A DNA stretch of 64,000 bases, taken from assembly GCA_963737765.1 (NCBI GenBank), contig CAVTTY010000013.1, forward strand, positions 12,219 to 76,218, in the 5' to 3' direction. The notes under the pieces are model-generated. The model was not told the origin of the DNA and made no database searches. It saw only the letters and a list, made by a program, of their open reading frames with translations. Source of the stretch: an uncultured Acidobacteriota bacterium (lineage in GTDB: Bacteria > Acidobacteriota > Terriglobia > Acidiferrales > UBA7541). A program made the position numbers and the translations under genes. This document shows, piece after piece, positions 1 to 9,296 of the stretch (its first letter is position 1; every line of letters starts with the position of its first letter).

Positions 1-51
1 TTTGTACGAAGGCTTGGAAAGCACCGTAACGGTGGATAGGAGAATGAACTA

Positions 52-477
52 ATGGCGTACAGTGAAAAAGTAATCGAGCACTACAACAATCCCCGCAACG
101 TCGGCTCGCTGGACAAGGCCGATCCGAACGTGGGGACCGGCTTGGTTGGCGCGCCGGAATGCGGCGACGTGATGAAGCTGCAGATGAAGGTAAACCCGAC
201 CACGCGCGTCATTGAAGAAGCGAAGTTCAAGACGTTCGGCTGCGGTTCGGCGATCGCGAGTTCTTCGCTGGCGACCGAATGGGTGAAGGGCAAGACGGTC
301 GAGGAAGCTCTGGCGATCAAGAACACGGACATCGTCCGCGAACTGGCTTTGCCTCCGGTGAAGATTCACTGCTCGGTGCTGGCCGAAGATGCGATCAAGG
401 CGGCGCTGGGCGACTGGAAGAAGAAGCAGGGCGAGCCGGCAGCGGCCAAGACGGTGGAAGCGGCTGCAGCGCACTAG
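52..477 (+). CDS. iscU: Fe-S cluster assembly scaffold protein IscU
   Basis: Intact 141-aa ORF starting MAYSEKVIEHYNNPRNVG. Conserved Cys-ligand motifs GAPECGD, FGCGSAIASSS and LPPVKIHCS. GGAGA Shine-Dalgarno just upstream. First gene of the iscU-iscA-hscB-hscA-fdx-iscX order. Confidence 0.95.
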   Translation: MAYSEKVIEHYNNPRNVGSLDKADPNVGTGLVGAPECGDVMKLQMKVNPTTRVIEEAKFKTFGCGSAIASSSLATEWVKGKTVEEALAIKNTDIVRELALPPVKIHCSVLAEDAIKAALGDWKKKQGEPAAAKTVEAAAAH

Positions 478-620
478 TCGGCTGGTGCGGGAGAAAATTC
501 CCGCACGCGTCCGGGCCGCGTCCAGGCGTTGATCAGCGGCTGGCAAGCACGGTTCTGGTGAGAGGCAGTGGCTCGTCAATAGTGACTAGTGGCTGGAACC
601 GGCAGGAGCGTTCACAGAAC

Positions 621-950
621 ATGATTCACGTATCGGAACGAGCGGCGGAGAAAATCCGCGAATTGCTGGGCAAAGAAGGCGTGCCGAGCGGAATCCGGCG
701 GACTGCGCGTGGGCGTGCAGGGCGGCGGATGCTCGGGGCTGAGCTACGCGATGCGCCTCGATACCGAAGCGCGGAACCGCGACAAGGTGTTCGAGGAAAA
801 CGGCGCGCGGATTTTCGTGGATCCGAAAAGCTATTTGTACTTCACGATACGACGCTCGATTATCAGGAGGATCTGATGAAGCAGGGCTTCGTGTTTCAGA
901 ATCCGCAGGCGACGCGCAGTTGCGGGTGCGGCAGTTCGTTCACGGCGTAG
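621..950 (+). CDS. iscA: Fe-S cluster insertion protein IscA (apparent double frameshift)
   Basis: N-terminus MIHVSERAAEKIRELLGKEGVPSG and C-terminus TTLDYQEDLMKQGFVFQNPQATRSCGCGSSF share one frame. The middle segment GLRVGVQGGGCSGLSYAMRLDTEARNRDKVFEENGARIFVDPKSYLY reads in the +1 frame from about 697 to 845, so two compensating indels are implied. Confidence 0.8.
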   Translation: MIHVSERAAEKIRELLGKEGVPSGIRRTARGRAGRRMLGAELRDAPRYRSAEPRQGVRGKRRADFRGSEKLFVLHDTTLDYQEDLMKQGFVFQNPQATRSCGCGSSFTA

Positions 951-1081
951 AAGCCGCGGCGTGGCAGTGCGATCTAACCTCAACCGAATTTCCGCGGGAC
1001 CTGAACCAGAAATAACCTCCGGGTAAGTGTTGATCACGATGCGCCGGGGCGTTGTGTTGGCGATTTAAGGAACGAGACGAG

Positions 1082-1789
1082 ATGCCCCTTTCACAACCAC
1101 AAACCAAACGAGCCGAAGGCGTGCCGGTAACCAGCTGCTGGAACTGCAAGGGCGCGGTTTCGGGAACGCATTTCTGCGGGGCCTGCGGGAAAATTCAGCC
1201 GCTGCCCGCCGGGATGGATTATTTTGCGTTCTTCGGATTGCCGCGAAAGCTGACGATCGAGCCGGCCGCGCTGGAAGGGCAGTTTCATATGTTGAGCTGG
1301 AAGCTGCATCCTGATAATTTCGTGCGCGCCAGCGAATTCGAACGGAATCTGTCGCTCAGCGCTCGTCGGAATTGAATGATGCGTACCGGACGCTGCGCGA
1401 GCCGATTGTCGCGCGTGGAGTATTTGCTGGAATTTTTGAATGTGCGCAAGGAAGGGACCACCAAACAGCAGGCGCCGCCGGAATTGCTGGAAGAAGTTTT
1501 CGAATTGAATGAATCGCTGGATGAATTGCGCGAAGCGCGAACGGCGGGCGGCGACGTGGCGTTGCTGCGCGGGCGGCTGGACGCGGCGCAGGAAATTTTC
1601 AGGCGAAATTGACGGAAGTGGATGCGGAACTGGCGGCGCTGGGGACGCAGTGGGACGCGGCGCTCGACGCGGGCGCGGATGAAGCGAAGCGGACGGCGCT
1701 GCTGACGCGGATGAGCGAGGTTTTGAACCGGCGCGAGTTACATTCGCAATTTAGTGGACGGCGTGCAGCAGGAAATTGCGGCGGCGTAG
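1082..1789 (+). CDS. hscB: Fe-S co-chaperone HscB with N-terminal CxxC-x9-CxxC zinc finger (frameshifted)
   Basis: MPLSQPQ...CWNCKGAVSGTHFCGAC, then the J-domain MDYFAFFGLPRKLTIEPAALEGQFHMLSWKLHPDNF, SELNDAYRTLREPIVARVEYLL and C-terminus YIRNLVDGVQQEIAAA*. The reading frame alternates 2/1/2/1/2, with shifts near 1355, 1420, 1605 and 1735. Sits between iscA and hscA. Confidence 0.75.
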
Positions 1790-1830
1790 TTTTTAAATGG
1801 CGAACGCGGCGTAAAGGATCAAGAGGAATC

Positions 1831-3681
1831 ATGGGCAGGGTAGTTGGAATCGATTTAGGGACAACGTTCAGCCTGGTCGCGTACCTGGACGCGCAGACTG
1901 GCGCGCCGAAGACTATTCCGGGGCCGTACGGCTCGGCGCTGTGTCCGTCGGTGGTGAGCGTCGATGCGCAAAGGCAAAATTATCGTAGGGGAAGCCGCGC
2001 GGGACCGGCTGCTCACGCGAGCCGGAGCGAACCATTTACTCCGTGAAACGCCTGATGGGCCGCGGCGTCGCGGACGTTCAGGACGAGCTGAAGATTTTTC
2101 CGTTCCGCATCGATGCCAAAAGCGACAACGTGATCCGGGTGCGGCTGGGCGACAAGTCGTTTCACGCCGCCGGAAATTTCGGCGTACATCCTGCGCGAAT
2201 TGAAATCGTGGGCCGAAGCGTATTTCAAGGAGCCGGTGGACCGCGCGGTGATTACGGTGCCGGCGTATTTCAACGACGCGCAGCGGCAGGCCACCAAGGA
2301 TGCCGGGCGGCTGGCCGGCCTAGAAGTTCTGCGGCTGGTGAATGAGCCCACCGCCGCCGCGCTGGCGTACGGCCTGCACAAACAGCAGCGCGGCCACGTG
2401 GCGGTTTACGATTTTGGCGGTGGGACGTTCGATATTTCGATTTTGAAATTGATCAGCACGACCGAAGGCGACATTTATCAGGTGCTGGCCACGAATGGCG
2501 ACACGCACCTGGGCGGCGACGACATCGATAACGCGCTGATGGAATTGGCGCGGCGCGGAGATTCAGCGCCAAGTTCGGCGTGGAACTCGATCATCGCGGC
2601 GAAGATATGCAGACCGCTGCGCAAGAGCCTGATTCGGGCGAAGCATGAGCTGTCGTCGGCGCAAAAGACACTGATCGAATATCCGCTGGGTGCGAAGGGC
2701 ATGTACATCCGGGAGATTCACGCGCGCGGAATTCGAGAATTTGATCCGCGCCGATCGTGGCGCGAACCATGGCTCCGGCGAAAATGGCTTTGGCCGACGC
2801 GAAGCTCAAGCCGGCGCAGATCGACGAAGTGGTTCTGGTGGGCGGATCGACGCGGATTCCGCTCGTGCGCAAGACGGTGGGCGAATTATTTCGAGCGCAC
2901 GCCGCACAGCGAACTCGATCCGGACGAAGTGGTGGCGCTGGGCGCGGCGGTGCAGGCGGATATTCTGGAAACCGGCGTGAAGACCATGTTGCTGCTGGAC
3001 GTGACGCCGCTGTCGCTGGGGATTGAGACGATGGGCGGGGTGATTGCGAAAATTATTCCGCGGAATTCGACGATTCCGGCGAGCGCGCAGGAAATGTTTA
3101 CGACCGGCGTGGACAATCAGACCGCGATCGACGTGCACATTCTGCAGGGCGAGCGCGAACTGGCCAAGGATTGCCGTTCGCTGGCGCGGTTTCAGTTGAA
3201 GACTGCTCCAGGGCCGGCGGGACTGGCGCGCATCGAAGTGAAATTCCTGATCGATGCCAATGGAATTCTGCAAGTGGCGGCCAAGGATTTGCGCACGGAC
3301 GAGCAGCATGTGGTGGAAGTGCAGCCGAGCTACGGGCTCAACGATACGGAAATCGAGCGGATGCTCGAAGAGTCGATCGATTTCGCGGAGCAGGATTTCG
3401 CCGAGCGGCAGGTGATCGAGGCGCGGACCGAAGCGGATTCGATTCTGGCGGCGACGGATAAGGCGTTGAAGAATGCGGGCTCGAGCGCGGTGACGGCCGA
3501 GGAACGCGCGGCGATCGAGGAGTCCGAAGCGGAATTGCGCGCGGCGATGACCGGCAGCGACTACAAAGCGATGCGCGAGAAGATCGATGCGCTGAACGCG
3601 GCCACGGAACACCTGGCGGAGATTTTGATGAATGGGGCGCTGTCGACGGCGTTGAAGGGGAAGTCGCTGGACGAGTTTTAA
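1831..3681 (+). CDS. hscA: Fe-S protein assembly chaperone HscA (Hsp70 family; multiply frameshifted)
   Basis: [108 protein letters not shown] and [17 protein letters not shown] are found successively in frames 1,2,0,1,2,0,1. The C-terminal substrate-binding and lid part is intact. Confidence 0.9.
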
Positions 3682-3697
3682 GTTTTAGGTTTTTGTT

Positions 3698-4168
3698 TTG
3701 GTGTTCGTTTGGCGAGCGCCGGAGTGGGTGCACGCGAGCGCGAGAGGAGCGGGGCAGAATGGGTGGCAGAATCCGTATATTGAAGAGACAAAGTTTGTAC
3801 CGGCGACCAAGAAGTATAAGGTCACGTTCATCAAGAACGGCGAGCCGGTGGAAGTGGACCCGGCGAAAATTCCCTACGGGCACGACGGGCTGCCGGGAAG
3901 CATTCTGGATATTTCGCAGGGCTTCCACAAAGGGCTGGACCACGCGTGCGGCGGGGTTTGCGCCTGCTCGACGTGCCATGTGATCGTGCACGAGGGGCTG
4001 GATTCGTGCAACGAAGCGACGGATGCGGAATTGGATCAGCTGGATGAGGCGCCGGGCGTGACGCCGAAGTCGCGGCTGGGTTGCCAGTTGGTGCCGGACG
4101 GGACCAAGGATATTGTGGTGGAGATTCCGGATTGGAATAAGAATTTCGCGAAGGAAGCGGAGCACTAG
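3698..4168 (+). CDS. fdx: ISC-type [2Fe-2S] ferredoxin (adrenodoxin-like Fdx)
   Basis: YKVTFIKNGEPVEV...DHACGGVCACSTCHVIVHEG...KSRLGCQLVP...VVEIPDWN is typical of the Fdx that follows hscA. The conserved domain begins near 3815. There is no ATG between 3698 and the domain, so the true start is uncertain. Confidence 0.85.
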   Translation: MVFVWRAPEWVHASARGAGQNGWQNPYIEETKFVPATKKYKVTFIKNGEPVEVDPAKIPYGHDGLPGSILDISQGFHKGLDHACGGVCACSTCHVIVHEGLDSCNEATDAELDQLDEAPGVTPKSRLGCQLVPDGTKDIVVEIPDWNKNFAKEAEH

Positions 4169-4171
4169 ACC

Positions 4172-4391
4172 ATGCCGAATACGTTTGATTGGGACAACGC
4201 GGAAGAGATTGGGATTCAGCTGGCCGAGGCGCATCCGGGATTGGATCCGCTGACGGTGCGTTTCACGGATTTGCACAAATACGTGACCGCAGCTGCCGGG
4301 ATTTACCGGCGATCCGAAGCTTTCGAACGAAGGGAAGCTGGAAGGGATTCAGATGGCCTGGCATGAGGAATATCTGGACAGCCAGAGCTAA
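4172..4391 (+). CDS. iscX: Fe-S assembly protein IscX (one frameshift near 4295)
   Basis: MPNTFDWDNAEEIGIQLAEAHPGLDPLTVRFTDLHKYV continues in another frame as LPGFTGDPKLSNEGKLEGIQMAWHEEYLDSQS*. Last position of the ISC operon. Confidence 0.7.
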
Positions 4392-4499
4392 CACAAAGAT
4401 TGCGTTAAGCGAGGAATCGAAGGCACGCCTTTTGCGTCCAATAACTCGCATCCGGTCCCGCCCAGCCTTGAACGAAAATGAGATGAGAGGATTGCAGCC

Positions 4500-5039
4500 A
4501 TGCAAACCGAAACTGACCTGCAGTATCCGATTGGAAAATTTCACCGGCACGGCACGCTGACCGACGAGCTGCGCGCGAAATACATTGAGCAGATTGAAAT
4601 CCTGCCGGCGCGGCTGCGCGACGCGGTGAGCGGGCTGAATGAGAAACAACTGGAGACGCCCTACCGGCCGGGAGGGTGGACGGTGCGGCAGGTGGTGCAT
4701 CATGTGGCCGATAGCCACATGAACGCGTATGTGCGGTTCAAACTGACGCTGACCGAAGACGAACCGGAGATCAAACCCTACCTGGAAGCGAAGTGGGCGG
4801 AGCTACCGGATGCCAAGACCGAGCCAGTGGAAGTTTCGCTGAAGCTGCTGGAGGCTTTGCACGTGCGCTGGGTGAAGACGCTGCGGAGCATGAGCTCGGC
4901 GCAATTTGCGCGGACCATGCGGCATCCGGAATGGTCCAAGCCGATGGCGCTGGACGATTCGTTGGCCCTGTATGCGTGGCACGGCAAGCATCACGTGGCG
5001 CATATCGCCATGTTGCGGCAGCGCGAAGGCTGGCTGTAA
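4500..5039 (+). CDS. DinB/YfiT-family metal-dependent hydrolase (bacillithiol-transferase-like)
   Basis: Intact 179-aa ORF with DinB_2-type His motifs (VVHHVADSHMNAY, WHGKHHVAHI). Confidence 0.85.
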   Translation: MQTETDLQYPIGKFHRHGTLTDELRAKYIEQIEILPARLRDAVSGLNEKQLETPYRPGGWTVRQVVHHVADSHMNAYVRFKLTLTEDEPEIKPYLEAKWAELPDAKTEPVEVSLKLLEALHVRWVKTLRSMSSAQFARTMRHPEWSKPMALDDSLALYAWHGKHHVAHIAMLRQREGWL

Positions 5040-5051
5040 TTCGCTCCCGGT

Positions 5052-5492
5052 ATGATTCCTGAAATTCTAGCGACGCTGGCCTGCGGCATTTTTGCCGGGG
5101 CGGCGATTTATGTAAATCTGGTCGAACAGCCCGCGCGGCTTTCCTGCGGGATCGCTTTAGCGATTACCGAGTGGAGGCCGAGCTACCAGCGCGGGGCAGT
5201 GATGCAGGCGTCGCTGGCACTGGTTGGATCCGCATTGGCATTTTTTTCGGCGTGGTTGAGCCGCGATTGGGCGTGGATCATCGGCGGCGCGCTGCTTTTT
5301 GCCGTGGGCCCGTTCACGCTTCTGGTGATTTTCCCGACGAACAAAAAACTGCAAAGCGCGGAACTGGACGTGACGTCGAGCGAAGCGGAGCGTCTTCTGC
5401 GATGGTGGGGCCAACTGCATGCGGTGCGCAGCGTACTGAGCTTGCTGGCATTCGCGGTTTTCCTCTACGCGTTGAAATCTGGCCGAGGCTAA
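5052..5492 (+). CDS. DUF1772 (anthrone-oxygenase-like) membrane protein
   Basis: Intact 146-aa ORF with four hydrophobic helices. GIFAGAAIYVNLVEQPAR and FPTNKKL are typical of DUF1772. Confidence 0.7.
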   Translation: MIPEILATLACGIFAGAAIYVNLVEQPARLSCGIALAITEWRPSYQRGAVMQASLALVGSALAFFSAWLSRDWAWIIGGALLFAVGPFTLLVIFPTNKKLQSAELDVTSSEAERLLRWWGQLHAVRSVLSLLAFAVFLYALKSGRG

Positions 5493-5543
5493 GGCGTGCG
5501 TGGCTCGCAGGCGGCGGCCGTGTTATCATTTCGATTCCCCGAC

Positions 5544-5618
5544 GGCGCTATGGTGCAACGGTTAGCACGCGGCCCTTTCAAGGCTGAAATACGGGTTCGA
5601 TTCCCGTTAGCGCTACCA
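5544..5618 (+). tRNA. tRNA-Glu (anticodon UUC), CCA encoded
   Basis: Hand-folded cloverleaf. Acceptor GGCGCTA/TAGCGCT (G1-U71 wobble). D stem GTGC/GCAC with AACGGTTA loop. Anticodon stem CGGCC/GGCTG with loop CTTTCAA. T arm ACGGG-TTCGATT-CCCGT. Discriminator A followed by CCA. Total 75 nt. Confidence 0.85.
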
Positions 5619-5655
5619 ATATCTCCTCGTCGTCGATTTTTTCGATCGTTCTCGT

Positions 5656-5678
5656 TTCGATTCCTTAGCGTTACTAAT
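5656..5678 (+). repeat. Degenerate direct copy of the tRNA-Glu 3-prime end (T-loop to acceptor)
   Basis: TTCGATTCC--TTAGCGTTACTAAT aligns with tRNA positions 5596-5620 (TTCGATTCCCGTTAGCGCTACCAAT): 21 of 23 aligned bases identical plus a 2-nt gap. A third TTCGATTCCCC copy lies at 5530-5540. Confidence 0.5.
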
Positions 5679-5797
5679 TCCCAGCATGCTCAAGACAATT
5701 TCGCGCGGGCTCTGGTAATTTGGTAGCTTTCCCTGAGCGTCTGAGTTGGGATAGGTTTGGGCGTGCAGGCGGTCGCATGAGTCAAAGGAGAATTACC

Positions 5798-6550
5798 GTG
5801 GCGGATTTGATGAGGACGTCGAACCCGGCTCTGAACGCCAAGGCGTTTCAGGGCGCAGGCGTCGGCATCGGCGAAGCGATGACGCTGCAGGGCACCGTCA
5901 ACAAGACCGGTTTGCTGTTGCTCTGCGTCGTGGCACGGCCGCCTGGACCTGGAATGTTTACCTGCATTCGCGGAATCCCGCAGGCGGTGGTGCCGTGATG
6001 CTGGTCGGCGGGATCGGCGGATTCATCTTCGCGCTTGATCACCATCTTCAAGAAAACTTGGGCGCCGGTGACCGCGCCGATTTACGCCTTGCTCGAAGGG
6101 CTGGTGCTCGGCGGCATTTCGGCCATGTTCGAAATGCGTTACCACGGGATCGCGATTCAAGCGGTGAGCCTGACGTTCGGCACCATGTTCGCGCTGCTGC
6201 TGGCCTACCGCTCCGGACTGATTCCGGTGACGCAGAAATTCAAGCTGGGAGTGGTCGCGGCGACGGGCGGGATCGCGATTTTCTACCTGGCGCAGATCGT
6301 CCTGGGATTATTCGGGATTCACTTCACGACGATCAACGGGTCGGGGCCGATCGGAATTGCGTTCAGTGTGTTCGTGGTGATCGTGGCGGCGCTGAATCTG
6401 GTGCTGGATTTTGACTTCATCGAAAGCGCGGCGGCGGCCGGCGCGCCGAAATATATGGAGTGGTACGGCGCGTTTGGCTTGATGGTCACGTTGATCTGGC
6501 TGTATCTGGAAATTCTGCGGTTGCTATCGAAGCTGCGCAGCCGGGATTAG
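5798..6550 (+). CDS. Bax inhibitor-1/YccA-like (BaxI_1 family) membrane protein (frameshifted near 5940-6035)
   Basis: AAGGAG SD followed by GTG at 5798 (alternative ATGs at 5777 and 5810). MRTSNPALNAKAF...TLQGTVNKTGLLLL continues in the 6035..6550 frame as WAPVTAPIYALLEGLVLGGIS...YGAFGLMVTLIWLYLEILRLLSKL. Multi-pass membrane protein. Confidence 0.7.
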
Positions 6551-6779
6551 TCCGAGCGGCACTTCGCTTCCTCGATTTTCTCGTCGGCAGGACGCCGGTT
6601 GAAACCTACGTTATGCCGAGAGCTCTCCGTAATACCCGCAAATTCGCGTGGTGTGGCTGGCAGTAGTCCAACGGATGTTATGTAACGTTTCTACCCCGTT
6701 TCTAAGGCTTGCAGACCTCGCAAAGTGTTTCATCCTCTGTAATCCACTGTAAACAAACATACATGCGGGAATCCTGGGC

Positions 6780-6795
6780 TGGCCTGTGAAATGCA
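6780..6795 (+). promoter_or_regulatory. Candidate sigma-54 (-24/-12) promoter upstream of the pilin operon
   Basis: TGGCCTGTGAAATGCA compared with consensus TGGCAC-N5-TTGCA. GG and GC have the exact 10-nt spacing, and TGGC..G....TGCA is conserved. Lies about 80 nt upstream of the first pilin ATG. rpoN is present in this window. Pattern match only. Confidence 0.25.
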
Positions 6796-6876
6796 CTACT
6801 AGCGCCAGACGAGACGTGGCTTGCGCCGAAACTCCAGGCGATTTGAGGGTGAATCGTGAAACAGAGGGGACGGGAA

Positions 6877-7500
6877 ATGCGAAGCGGAAATCGAGACCGG
6901 TTGGGGGAGCGGGGCTTCTCGATGGTGGAATTATCGGTAGCCCTCGGGATCATCCTGATCATTTTCGGGACGGCGATCGCGGCGTTCCAGCCAGCGATTC
7001 AGGCCGCGAAGTACGACGCGGGCATGAGGCAAGTGCTGGACCAGTTGCGGCAGGCCCGGGAATATTCGCTGGCCAACCGGCGCTACGTGCAAGTGACTTT
7101 TCCGACGGTAGCGACGGCGAACGGACCGCAGTACCAGGTGGTGACCACGGAACTGAATACTTTGACGGCGGGCGGCGGGGCGGTAAACCCGGTGCTGAGC
7201 ACGACGCCGATTCAGTTTCCCGAACAATTCTATGTGTATCCGGGATATGTGGATACGCCCGACGGCTACGGCAACAGCGGCGCGATTGTATTCGGCGGGA
7301 CGATCGGCGGACCCGCGGCGGGAATGATATTTCAAAGCGACGGCGAGCTGGTCAGCGCGGCAACGTTGCAGCCGATTAACGGCACGGTGTTTCTGGGAGT
7401 GCCGGGCAATCCGCTATCGGTGCGGGCCATCACGGTATTGGGCAGCACGGGCCGGGTGCGCGGCTGGAAGGGCGCCGACAGCCGGTGGTTTGCGTTTTGA
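6877..7500 (+). CDS. Type IV pilin-like minor pilin / pseudopilin (FimT/GspH-like)
   Basis: Prepilin signal MRSGNRDRLGERG|FSMVELSVALGIILIIFGTAIAAF with G-1, F+1, E+5 and a hydrophobic helix. Intact ORF (the ORF track starts at 6856). Confidence 0.75.
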   Translation: MRSGNRDRLGERGFSMVELSVALGIILIIFGTAIAAFQPAIQAAKYDAGMRQVLDQLRQAREYSLANRRYVQVTFPTVATANGPQYQVVTTELNTLTAGGGAVNPVLSTTPIQFPEQFYVYPGYVDTPDGYGNSGAIVFGGTIGGPAAGMIFQSDGELVSAATLQPINGTVFLGVPGNPLSVRAITVLGSTGRVRGWKGADSRWFAF

Positions 7501-7514
7501 AGGAGCCTAGGAAA

Positions 7515-8087
7515 ATGCGGCAAACGAAGCAGAAAAATTCGCAGCGCGGTTTCACCCTGATGGAGACGCTGATCGCCATGATTGTGCTGGCGGTGGGGAT
7601 TCTGGGATTGGCGGCGATGCTGGGCGATTCGCTGGCGTACATGAAAGGGTCCCAAGACGATTTCATCGCGCAGCAGAAAGCGGAAGAAGCGGCGGAGGCC
7701 ATCTTTACGGCGAAGTACAACGCCAACGCGACCTTTGCGCAGGTTTCGAATTTCGGAGTAGGAAATCCGGCGGGACTGTTCTTGCCCGGGCCGCAGCCGC
7801 TGACCGTGCCGGGACCGGACGGGCTGGTCGGTTCGGTGAACGACGTGGGCGCGCCGCTGGCATCGATTATCACGCCGGGGCCGGACAAGATTCTGGGCAC
7901 GGCGGACGACGTGTTGGTGCCACTGGGTAATTTCACGCGGACCATCGCGATTACGACGGTGGTGGGCAAACCGAACCTGAAGCAGGTCATCATCACGATC
8001 AACTACACGGCGGGGCGGTTCACCCGCGCAGTACACGCTGACGACTTATGTCTCATCTTTCTAAGAGTTCTGAGGAGCATGGAATGA
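7515..8087 (+). CDS. Minor pilin, PilV/GspI-like
   Basis: GGAG SD then MRQTKQKNSQRG|FTLMETLIAMIVLAVGILGLA prepilin N-terminus. Its stop overlaps the next start as ATGA. Confidence 0.75.
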   Translation: MRQTKQKNSQRGFTLMETLIAMIVLAVGILGLAAMLGDSLAYMKGSQDDFIAQQKAEEAAEAIFTAKYNANATFAQVSNFGVGNPAGLFLPGPQPLTVPGPDGLVGSVNDVGAPLASIITPGPDKILGTADDVLVPLGNFTRTIAITTVVGKPNLKQVIITINYTAGRFTRAVHADDLCLIFLRVLRSME

Positions 8088-9248
8088 AGCGGGAAAACGG
8101 ATTTTCACTGATAGAGTTGATGGTCTCGATGGCGGTCACCGTCATCGTGCTGGGCGCGGCCACGACCGCACTGCTGCAAGCGCAAAAGGCGACGCAGGCC
8201 ATCGCCATGCAAGCCAACACCCAGGAAAATTTGCGCGCCGGAATGCACTTCATGGTCCGGGACATCGCGCAGGCGGGAGAGGGAATTCCCCAGGGCGGAA
8301 TCACCATCCCGTATAACGCGACTTCGCTGGTGAACCGTCCGGGACTGGCCGGAACATTTCCCACGGCGTACACCGCGATGCCGGCCATTACGCCGGGCTC
8401 GCAACTCGGACAGTTTGCGACCTCCGATAGATCCGGTCAGCAATCTTCCGCTGGTTTCGGGGACCCGCACTGACATCATAAACATTTTGTACAACGACGA
8501 CACGCTGGTCGATGGCGCGGGCAATCACCTGTATAGCTTCCCGGTGGTGCAGGCCGCGCCGGCGGTTCCGGTCTGCGCGGGCGTAATCAGCCCCACTGGC
8601 GCATTCGTGACCATGACTCCTGCGTGCTTTTTGATGCCGGGCGTGGTGCAGCCGATCGCGGCGGGCAACCTGATCATGTTCCACAACCAAAACGGGACGG
8701 CGCTGGAATATGTGACCAGCGTGGCGGGAAGCACGATCAACTTTGCGGCGGGCGACCCGGCGGGGTTGAATCAAACCGGGAAAGCCAACGGGACCGTAGC
8801 CAACCTGGGCCCCGGCGGCGTTTTTCCTCCGACCACGATCACCCGGGTTTGGATGGTCACTTACTACGTTGATTTTACCAATGCGGCGGCGCCGCAACTG
8901 ATCCGGCAGGTGAATTATCCAAACTACCCGGCAGCGGCTCCGGCGAATCCGCCGCTCGACATCGCGGATATGACCGAGGATTTGTCATTCAGCTACGACC
9001 TGACCGGTTCGGGCGACGCGGTGGGAACGTATCCGCTGGGTCCGGGCAATGCGCCGACGCCGATCCTGCCGGACACGCCGGGGCAGATTCGCGCGGTAAA
9101 TATTTTTCTGGCGGGCCGTTCGGAAAGTACCTATACGGCGCTCAGCAGTCCGCAATTTATTCGCAATAACTTGAGCACCCAAGTCTGCGTGCGCAGCCTG
9201 GCCTTCACCAACCAGTTCCAAACGGCCGCAGGAAACACCGCGCCATGA
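8084..9248 (+). CDS. Minor pilin, PilW/GspJ-like (one frameshift near 8420)
   Basis: GAGGAG SD then MKRENG|FSLIELMVSMAVTVIVLGAATTAL. The body continues in the 8415..9248 frame (PPIDPVSNLPLVSGTRTDIINILY...IRAVNIFLAGRSE). Confidence 0.7.
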
Positions 9249-9296
9249 GGAATTGGCGAATACGTGCAGCACGCACAGAACCAAAGGAGATTTGCT

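Noticed and set aside
1-51. Possible 3-prime end of iscS (reading ...LYEGLESTVTVDRRMN* ending at 51, just before iscU)
   Set aside because: Only 16 codons are visible. The operon logic makes it plausible, but the sequence itself cannot support a call.
3338-4276. 312-aa ORF on the minus strand across the hscA 3-prime end, fdx and iscX
   Set aside because: It is antisense to strongly supported genes. The translation is R/P/H-rich low-complexity sequence typical of shadow ORFs in GC-rich DNA, and no motif is recognisable.
5619-6876. Genomic island or integrase next to tRNA-Glu
   Set aside because: The downstream genes (BaxI-like membrane protein, pilin operon) include no integrase, excisionase or transposase. 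Only the short tRNA-end duplicates are present, so no mobile_element feature is called.
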